DNA of 62,639 nucleotides, the filler included, from Choristocarpus tenellus KU-1152 (Eukaryota; Protista; Phaeophyceae), in the NCBI GenBank assembly GCA_964200185.2. It is 13 parts of 13 records of this genome, joined end to end, with 100 filler letters (N's around TTAATTAATTAA, not from the genome) between each part and the next. Parts side by side here need not be neighbours in the genome. Positions count along the whole stretch, not along the records: positions 50,344 to 54,260 come from CAXNAD020017161.1; positions 54,361 to 57,361 come from CAXNAD020023024.1; positions 57,462 to 62,639 come from CAXNAD020011603.1; 10 more parts are not named here. The stretch is one strand, 5' to 3'. Both the position numbers and the translations under genes were made by a program. The notes under the pieces are model-generated. The model was not told the DNA's origin, searched no databases, and saw only the letters and a list, made by a program, of their open reading frames with translations. Positions 54,153 to 62,639 of the stretch are shown here, piece after piece. Every line of letters begins with the position of its first letter. Position 1 is the first letter of the stretch.

Positions 54153-54928
54153 ACACCTCTTACACCGAAATCGAGTCCTTCTTGATGTGTTATTTGTACT
54201 TGTACTGTATTATCATTGTGTGCACTTAACAGGGGATTCGCAAAATTGAGGGAGGAGCGGNNNNNNNNNNNNNNNNNNNNNNNNNNNNNNNNNNNNNNNN
54301 NNNNTTAATTAATTAANNNNNNNNNNNNNNNNNNNNNNNNNNNNNNNNNNNNNNNNNNNNCCCCGCCCCCCCAGATACTTTGGGTCTCTCAGGTGTCCTA
54401 ATCTTCCTGTGTGTACCCAACCACAAGGCAATTTTTCAAAGGCTTTAAGCTAGAGAGGGTGTGAAGTCTGAGAACATTGATTGGTACAAAAAGATGGTAA
54501 AAATTCTTTGTAGAAGAGAGGAAAATATATAAACAAATAAAGGTTGGTGCTCTAGTGGCCTAGTCCTAGTCCACAAGTTATATACCACACTTCAGAGGCA
54601 AGAATGTGGCTATGGTTTCGATTGAAGTAAGCATTATTTTGGTCTCAAAGACTAGGATACCACATCTCCTCCAGAAAACCAACTGGGACTCCTGTTCCAG
54701 AGCTAATGTGTTTCGCCAGTTAGGTTTTGACTGCAATAAAATCATTCATCCTCGACAGACTATTATAAAAAAGACATGAAGGAAAGAACTGCATTCATCA
54801 CTTAAGGGAGACCTTGTTAACAGTCGATATCTTAGAGCCTTTGTATCCTATGTGCGATTGGCCGCATTGTTGTTCTCCTTGCAGTCAAGCTCCGTTCCTG
54901 TTTACCATATTAAAAGTTCCCTTCTCAC

Positions 54929-55149
54929 CTGTCCCTGTTATGTGATGGCACCACCTCGCTCAGAAGGTCAAACGGAACCTCAATTCCCCCCGCTCCAACT
55001 CCCACCAGCGAGCGAAACGCAATCAACCAAGCGTAAGAGGGAGCTGCTGCAGTAAGCAATCCGCAAATCGTCACCAACAGTGTAGCAATAAGAAAGGCCC
55101 TGCGCCTGCCGTAGAGGTCACTGACAACCCCCAGAGCTACAGAACCGAT
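54929..55149 (-). CDS. MFS transporter, SV2/SVOP-like; next exon
   Basis: TTTCAG acceptor and GTGAGA donor: IGSVALGVVSDLYGRRRAF..FRSLVGVGAGG..LLSEVVPSHNR. Contains MFS motif A (GxxSDxxGRR) and the RxxxG and ExxPxxxR motifs. Missed by the ORF track. Confidence 0.9.
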
Positions 55150-55532
55150 CTGAAATAAGGCGTATGGGCAGAAGAAGAGTATGAGTACTACTGTTGCGAC
55201 ATGAGTTTCTGCTGCGAAGTGTGAAAAGAATACAGCTCGACCTCACAAGAAGCTGGAGGGCAAATAATCCATTGTTGTATCCCCACCATTTCATTTTACC
55301 TATCCTCGGAACAAGAGGTGACATGAACCTTTCACTGCACTAGGGTACTTGACATGCTCGCTCGTATACATCCGAAGGACCAATCAGGGACTCACAAGAG
55401 GGTAGAAGTGACCTCAGCAATGTCATGATATTCTGTGGTAGATGTGAATGGGTGAGCACATATCTGATAGTGTATGGGTGGCTATGGCATATGACAGATG
55501 CAACATCTACATTTGGATGGGTTGAACCTCAC

Positions 55533-55718
55533 TAGTTGTCCAGTGAAAACGCTGGCAGTTAGAAGTCCCTGCTCGAAGCTGCTGAGATCCCACTCCGCCG
55601 CCACACAGGGGCCAAGGTAAGTCAACAAGGTGATCTCTATACCATCTGTTGCCTCAGCCAAACCCGCCGCCAGCGACATAGCCTGCGAGAACATCCCATG
55701 CCCCACAGCTACCAGGAC
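55533..55718 (-). CDS. MFS transporter, SV2/SVOP-like; exon covering TM1-TM2
   Basis: TTTTAG acceptor and GTGAGG donor, 186 nt: VLVAVGHGMFSQAMSLAAGLAEATDGIEITLLTYLGPCVAAEWDLSSFEQGLLTASVFTGQL. Confidence 0.85.
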
Positions 55719-56449
55719 CTAAAATTATACACGAACATAAGAGAGATAACCAAGAATGGCTTCGAACAAAGGTGACGTACTGAATATTTAGATAAGTCTG
55801 TGAATGTACGACAACGTTAAGACGCACAAACTGGCCACAGAAGTGACGAAAGATTGCACCTCCTCGATCCGTGCCCCAGTTGGTGGGAGTCGCGGTGTAA
55901 TATCGTCCGCAAGTCCTTCGTAAAGCACCATCACAAAAGCACAGGAATTGCCACGCCCTAACAAAGAGTGAAGGTAAGATCACACCTAAAGTAACGAAAT
56001 GCAGCGGTTGACACCAGTCAACTATTGTCAGAGATAAGAAGCTATGTGGTGTTGCCACATAAATCTACCATTACAAATCATGATATCAGAAGAGGTCCCC
56101 CAACAAGGTGTTAACTTCCCTCTAATTTTGTGTTTTTCGTGTGGAGATTTTTTAGTTGTACTCGAAATGAAGTGGAGAGAGAGTTCAAACGTAATATTTC
56201 TTCCATATGCGACAAAAAAACAAAACGTTCTCGGAGGAAGGGAGATAATAGAAGCTTGAAGTTGAAGGCAAGTCGGGAGGATAATGGGAGGTAGGGTCAA
56301 GGTAACTTTTGATGTATGACACGAGGCCGAATTGTCACAAATCCACTCTTCTCTTCGCGCATCATCTCCAACTATTGAAATTAGGCTCTCTGCAACTAGA
56401 TGGCTTAGGGCGATAATAGGGCAATAGCTAGCGATAGGGTGGAATGTAG

Positions 56450-56990
56450 TATTGATGGCCCTCCAGCTAATACGAGGATGACTAACTAGGCATAGATACT
56501 CCCCTTATTCAACTGTCCTCAATAAAACGATCGGTTGTAGCGGTTATGCTGCTTTGGTTGCGAGCTGGGATATTTCTGGGTATGAGTGATCATTATGAGC
56601 AGATTTTTTTATAGTGTAGGGTAGTAGCAGCTTCGTATGACAATCACCTTTGAGGATATGATGTAGATGGGATCAGCCAGGAACAGAAGTTATCGTTCTG
56701 GGTACAAGCATTACCAACAATTGGCAACAGAATTGAATTGACAGATTAGGGTACATCATAGTGTGGTAGATAATGGGTCAATATGTAAAGGGGATGACTA
56801 AGGGGGGAAATCAATGGAATAATAGGGCGAGACGATAGTTGCACTAGTCAGAAGTAATTAAATCGCACATCATAGTGCCGTAAATAGTTGGATAATCCAC
56901 AAAAGTCATCACTAACATATATATAGCCGGGCTAAGTGCGCATTAGTAATCAATGCCGTTCCGATCACAACACAAAAAACAAAGTTATCA
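56450..56990 (-). pseudogene. Possible very old Gypsy RT remnant
   Basis: MTFVDYP (like RxCVDYR) followed by SIDF and PIVGNA (like MPFGLxNA) at plausible spacing. Weak. Confidence 0.25.
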
Positions 56991-57461
56991 CGTGTACCGT
57001 ATGTAGCTGTCCTCCATATGCTTAGAGAACTCATGTCCATAATTTATGAACAATGTTTTCGAGGAACTAAATGATACCTGAGTACTTGCAGGAGACAGTG
57101 GAGCTTAGGACAAAGGTAGGGCGACTAAATATGACGTAATGGGCTCCACCACCCTTGAACAGGTGGAAGCGAAAAATGCTGTAAATGAATTACGTGTGCA
57201 GGAGTAATTATACTGATTTCGTGACGTGTCAAGAATATTTTCTTCATTCATGTAACAGAGGATTTTCAAAATTGAGGCAGGAGCGGGACTATGAGGTTGG
57301 AAAACTGTCTTAAAAAAGTACCGAAAGGTTTTTTTATGCGACTGTTTTTGCACTTGGAAGGNNNNNNNNNNNNNNNNNNNNNNNNNNNNNNNNNNNNNNN
57401 NNNNNTTAATTAATTAANNNNNNNNNNNNNNNNNNNNNNNNNNNNNNNNNNNNNNNNNNNN

Positions 57462-57685
57462 CCAGGCATTTGCTCCTTGTCCACACTGGCTCCGGTGGCG
57501 CGCTAGGGCTAATGAAGAGCTTTCCCTCCCTTGGTGGGCCTCATTTGGAAGGTCAACTAGCTTTGTCCTGAAGGAGTCGAAACGAATCCTGTTGAGGAGG
57601 AGTGTGATCTCGTGCTGAGCCCTCCTTGTGATCCTGGCGTCATGTGCTGCCAGGATGTGGACCTCTGGGGCAGGTGCAGGTGGTG
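57462..57685 (-). mobile_element. Internal fragment of the CRE-like retrotransposon
   Basis: PAPEVHILAAHDARITRRAQHEITLLLNRIRFDSF is paralogous to PAPEVHTLAAHGGRITRRVQHEITRLLNRIRIDSF in ORF 3322-3957. Confidence 0.88.
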
Positions 57686-57804
57686 CTGTCTGGAACAAGG
57701 GTATCGACACTTCCTCATAAACACGATAGCCAAAATTACATCAAAGTCGCAACATTGCATTTCGGTCCCCAAATGGACGCTGCCGTACCCTCTGAGATAC
57801 TTTA
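57686..57804 (+). mobile_element. MITE family B right half
   Basis: GGAACAAGG..GACACTTCCT..GCCAAAATTACATCAAA..CCCAAATGGACGC..TACCCTCTGAGATACTTT. Confidence 0.85.
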
Positions 57805-57812
57805 ATTAACAA

Positions 57813-58458
57813 TTGTTGCGGTGTGTCCTGTGACATTAGGAATCAAATTCGTGCCTTCTTTTGATACATCAGAGTGAAAGTATCTTAGAGGGTACGAGTT
57901 TCGCCCCGTTTGTCCATTTGGGGGTTGGCTTCCCATGTTGTTTTTTTTATTACTTTTTCCTACTCCTAAATGTTTAGGAGTAGGTAAAATGTGTACGTTA
58001 CGAAACGGTGTGTCCGAAACAAGGATATTGACACTTCCTAACAAACACGTAGCCAAAATTACATCAAAATCACAACATTGGGTTTTGACCCCCAAACGGA
58101 CGTGGCTCTACCCTCTAAGATACATTTGCTCTCACCAATCAACTATGCTCATCCCTTGATACATCCCGTCTGGATTTGTTGCATGTGTCTTGTGACATTA
58201 GGAATCAAATTCGTGCCTTCCCTTGATACATCTCTAGTCAATTATGTCCCTCCCTCAATACATCTCGTCAGTATTTGTTGTATGTCCTGTGACATTAGGA
58301 ATCAAATTCGTGTCTTCCCTTAATAAATCACTAATAATCAACTATGCCCATCCTTTGATACATCTCGTCTATACTTGTTGCATGTGTCCTGTAACATTAG
58401 GAATCAAATTCGTGCCCTCCCTTGATTACATCACTAATCAACTATGCCCATCCCTCGA
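57813..58458. repeat. Tandem repeat, about 100-bp unit, about 4 copies, interrupted by a MITE
   Basis: ACATTAGGAATCAAATTCGTG recurs at about 57833, 58195, 58292 and 58394. Confidence 0.9.
57872..58131 (+). mobile_element. MITE family B, full length, inside the tandem repeat
   Basis: GAGTGAAAGTATCTTAGAGGGTA ... TACCCTCTAAGATACATTTGCTC, flanked by TCA/TCA. Confidence 0.92.
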
Positions 58459-58975
58459 TTTTGTCTTGTTGTATGTATTTGTTGCAACCATTGTTCACCC
58501 CACTGTAACACGTCAGAGAAGCAGCCGAAACCTCTAACAAATCTTACGGGAAGAAGACAACGTAGATCATCACGACAGCCCTGAGCGCAACAAACACGAT
58601 CGACCTTGCCACATCCTGTGCAATTTACCTTGGAAGGTGTATTGCTATTTATCAGCAGTGAAGATAAGAAGGTGTGGAACCTCGCACGACTCCTTTTTTT
58701 GCTGAATGTTAAAAGAATGGATGGATAAGATTAGAAGAGTGATATTTGTGGGATGTCTTCTATTGTTTCATTATTATCATTATTTGTGTCAGAACAGTTT
58801 AACTGCAGTACCGAACTCCATAGACAATTTAGAAATCCATAGATAGGATAGTTCAGATGTACTATCTCATTGGTGACATCATTTGGACTCAATTCAACGC
58901 AATAATCTCACATGCACAAAATAAGGTGCACCTCACTATTGTCCTATTTTGCACACATCCACCTTCGTGTCTCAG

Positions 58976-61353
58976 GAGTTCAATGCGAACCTCCTCGACC
59001 GGGGTAGAGTTGCATCCTTGTTCAGAAAGCTTAGTAGAGATCCATGGGAGGCGGTAGACAAGCTCGCAGCAAATTCTGTGTGGGCATCTTTTCTTGTTGT
59101 GCTCCCATTGAAAGAACCACAAGGAGTTCAAGGCATCGATGAAGAACTGCGAAGTTCCTTCTGATTTGCCTGACAGTGAGCTATTTGCACACTACACTGG
59201 CAAGGGTTTCATTGGAGTCGACTAAGAAGGGAATGAAAGGGATTTGACCGACATCAACAAATGGACAGCATTGAATTATGCTTCTGGGGGTTATCACATG
59301 CGTAGTGAAGGAGACGAGTATTCCTTGCAGTATCCAGTTCCCCAGCCATGTGACAGGGCAATGGGGGTGTTGGAAGTTGGAACCGATACTGTAGAAGAAT
59401 AAGGAACTGAGGTTTATGTGGAAAATATTTCAACATTGCAATTGAGAGAAGGCTGAATCTATATCGATTGGAGAGGGGGTGATCGCCAGCAAATCGTACA
59501 TCTCCAAACGTCCTGGACATCTTCCAGAGGATGGTCTCGTCATTATGAGCAATCTTTGAATATAGGTCAGAGTATACCTGTGACTGGCCGCACCCTTATG
59601 TGTCAGAGTCTAGAGACCACAATGAATGCTTTCGGTCCAGGAGGTGGCTGGTGAGTCAGTGCAACCAGCATTGTCTTGAGAGGACATTGACTTTATGGAC
59701 GAAAGGTTTGTGTCCCTGGGTGGACGTCAGGAAGAGGGTTGGCGCTAAACTCAAGGCATTCCTGAAGGAGGTCTGCGAGGATACGAATTTGGAGTCTGGC
59801 ATGATGAACATCACAGACCACACTGCAGCTCAATTTTACAACTCCATGGCCACCCTTGTCAAGATATGTGGGGAGGAAGGTAGGGTTTCGGTTACTCTTT
59901 TTCGAGGAAGTATTCTCGTGATCATTAGGAATAATTTCGTCTTTGTTATCTATATGTAGATTAAAACAACTTTGGCGTGGACGACTATCCACTCTACCTC
60001 TTTCCTTGACTTCACTCCCTTAGACAAAAAATGGACGAGTTTGAGACCGTTCTACTTAGCGCATGGAGAGAGTACAAGAAGCATGGCAGTTCCCCAGTAG
60101 AAGCGAATAACCGCCTTGCCCATACTTGAACATCAAGCATCTCCAATCAAGGTGGTCGAACAACACCACACTCACGCCATGTGTAGCCACCTAACTTTTA
60201 GATGTCTGGTTTGTACCTTTGTTTCACACCATTATTTGTGGTATGAATGTAACCAACATCTATCCTCACATTCCCTCGTTCCCCTGCATTGATCCTGTCG
60301 CCCTTTCTTTGCATGCTACACATATCCCGGCGTAGGACAAATTTGACTTTAGGGCAGTGCAGTCATTCACAGTGCTTTGGTATGGCAACCAGGATGTTGT
60401 CCAGAAATCGTCTGTTTCCTCTGGTAAGGTCAAGCCTTCAGCGAAGAGGTCAAAAAACATCAAGACCGACCTTTCTGCTAATAGGAACGAGAATTCGACA
60501 ACAGATGTGGGACGGGCCGTACGAAGCGAGGAGGTTCGTGGAAAGGATGGACATGAAGGATCCACATCAGCTTTTCTTACGGATATTTTTGCTTCTGCTC
60601 ATGAAAACAGAGACATGGGCAGAGAGGTTCATTCAGAGAAGAGGATGGATCAGGGAGTGGCGCCTGTCACTAAAGGGATGAGTGACATAGGACAGGATGA
60701 GCATGAAGATGATTCTTCATCCATGGGGGTCCATGCCCGGGACTGCCAATGGACATAGACATGGGCATAACGGAAGACTTCATGGAGGCTTGTGTATCGG
60801 AGCTCTTGCAAACAGCCAATAAATCCACAACTCTGCACTACCGTGTGCAAACTCAGGTCCTCAGGCAGGTCGTACACAATCATGGATTAGACCCAAAGTA
60901 CCTGGGAGGGGGGGGAGGGTCTACACTAGGGTGTCCATTTGGACTAAAATCAGGAAAAGTGCATTTACAGTATCCATCCGACGCATGCAACAAAATCACC
61001 CCAAAATCGTGACATGAAAAAATTGACCCCAATTGGATGGCCGCTACCCCCTCCCAGATACTTTGAGCCACTAGGGAGATGAGGGCCGGGAAAGAGCCAA
61101 GAACATTATCAAGGACGACTACTGCTATATCCACAAGGGCATCCTGGATGTGTTGAATGTTGGCCGTGGAAAAGTAAGGAGGATGCTATGTGTAGAGGAT
61201 ATCACAGCCCTCCATGCAAAGAAGGCTATATTCCTCATCTTGATGAAGGAGAGGTGTGGAACGAGAGGTATGATGAACTTATGGCACCGACTCAGAAAGG
61301 CTTCTCCCAAGGGCGATGAATGCGGATTCCAATATGCCCATAATTTGAAATAG
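58976..61353 (+). pseudogene. Disrupted multi-exon gene of unknown function, possibly transposon-borne
   Basis: GC-richer coding-like blocks (EFNANLLDRGRVASLF.., LKAFLKEVCED.., GITEDFMEACVSELL.., ERAKNIIKDDYCYIHKG..) with candidate splice sites, stops, frameshifts and a MITE insertion. Confidence 0.4.
60890..61069 (-). mobile_element. MITE family A, full length
   Basis: GACCCAAAGTACCTGGG ... CCCAGATACTTTGAGCC, flanks ATTA/ACTA. Confidence 0.92.
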
Positions 61354-62392
61354 AGCTATTAAAGTTTCTGTTTCAGCTTAAAGTACAAGTCTAACAAGTT
61401 TTGTTCGATTTAGGGCTACTGTACGTGCAGTTTAGATTTGCTAAGCATGTTCACAGTGTTATCGGGTGTGTACCGACCACCCGGAAGTGTCATTACAGTT
61501 GTATACTCGAGATGGTGGTCCTGTACATCTAACAAAAATAAAGTGTGTCCAACACAAGGTTCAGACCGTCAAAATATTACACTTGACAACCAGTTTTACA
61601 AACCATTTTTGGTGAAGTTTCCAGGCACTCCTCCAAGGTCTACATTCTAACCTTTTCCTTTCCAGCCGTTTATCCTTCTTCATTTGGTTGGTAAGTGTCA
61701 ACGCTTGTATCCTCCTTATTTGATTCGCCATGTCAATACCATACCTCATCCTTTTTGCAACTCTGTTTATAACATGGTATGATGGGCATGCTACTCACAA
61801 AGATGGTGTCCCTGTTGTAAACTCTGTTCTTGACCTTAACCCTCAATACTTACAGAAATATGTCTTTGGTTCTAAGCTCGGGTTCACCTTCTATTTTGAC
61901 ATGGTCGGAGCCCAATCGCATCACGTACATACACCAACCAACTAAACAAAATTTGTTTTAAGGTGAACATTTTTTCACCTAACCCTAACAATTTTTCTCT
62001 ATGCTGCATACAGGGGTTTGATCACAGGTTTGCACTGTGACGTGCATGACATAGGGTCTAACCCTTATCACATAACTATTTTCTTTTGTTATTGCACACT
62101 AACACTAACCATAAACCTGCGCTTTTTGATTACTTTTTTAACACACAGGATCACCCGTTTTTGGATTGCTATAATCCTTAATTTATGAATTCGTTATTAA
62201 CCCCCCTCAAGAATCAAACTGAAGCCCTTCACTTTGCCTAAGTTTCAGCCCATAAGGGCGGATTTCGCTTGATTTACACTATCCAACACTATTCGGTACA
62301 ATCCACTTCAATGCCTCTCGAAAAACATAATCCTGAACTAGACTTGCCGATTAACCTTTCATAAACTCGACGATAGGCCTGGTTCGCCACCA

Positions 62393-62560
62393 GGCTCAAA
62401 GTATCTGTTGGGGGGTGGCGGCTGTTCATTTGGGGCCATTTTTTTCATGTCACGATTTTTGGGTGATTTAGTTGCATACATTGGATGGATAACGTAAGTG
62501 GAATTTTCCTGGTTATGACCCAAATGTACAGCCTCTCCCCCCCCCCCAGGTACTTTGGCC
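62393..62560 (+). mobile_element. MITE family A, near full length
   Basis: GGCTCAAAGTATCTG ... CCCCAGGTACTTTGG. Confidence 0.88.
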
Positions 62561-62639
62561 AAGGATGCGCAGCAAAGGCCCTTGGGTGATGGCATACAAC
62601 GGAAGTCATCCCCAGTGAGCGACGTGTTTGACATATCCG

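Noticed and set aside
57813-58458. CRISPR-like array (conserved 21-mer at regular spacing)
   Set aside because: The intervening sequence is also repeated rather than unique spacers, the context is eukaryotic, and there are no cas genes.
1-62639. Giant virus, Fanzor/TnpB or prokaryotic defence system
   Set aside because: Coding density is very low, spliceosomal introns are present, and no viral core, RuvC or cas motifs were recognised.

Overview
This is not one continuous locus. It is a concatenation of 13 short eukaryotic contigs joined by 12 artificial 100-nt linkers (N44-TTAATTAATTAA-N44). The DNA is AT-rich, intron-rich and dominated by transposon debris. GT-AG exons, TTAGGG tracts and the style of the elements suggest a eukaryotic alga or protist, possibly a brown alga or related stramenopile; that assignment is inference only. 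Host gene pieces: two exons of an SV2/SVOP-like MFS transporter and two partial coiled-coil genes. Mobile DNA: a decayed CRE-type (restriction-like endonuclease) non-LTR retrotransposon with several 3'-end copies, a Ty3/Gypsy pol remnant, probable Copia remnants, a decayed DD39D-like mariner transposase, and an intron-split Sola1-like (DUF7869-type) transposase. Two abundant MITE families (A about 180 bp, B about 255 bp) have unrelated interiors but share the TIR core AAAGTATCT and a subterminal GTCCATTTGG box, and often have 4-bp target duplications. The best candidate for an undescribed system is this Sola-like transposase plus the two MITE families. Other oddities are a 52-bp 28S rRNA fragment in AT-rich DNA, intronic telomere-like arrays, and a perfect 92-bp hairpin that may be an artefact. 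Most ORFs in the supplied track are spurious.
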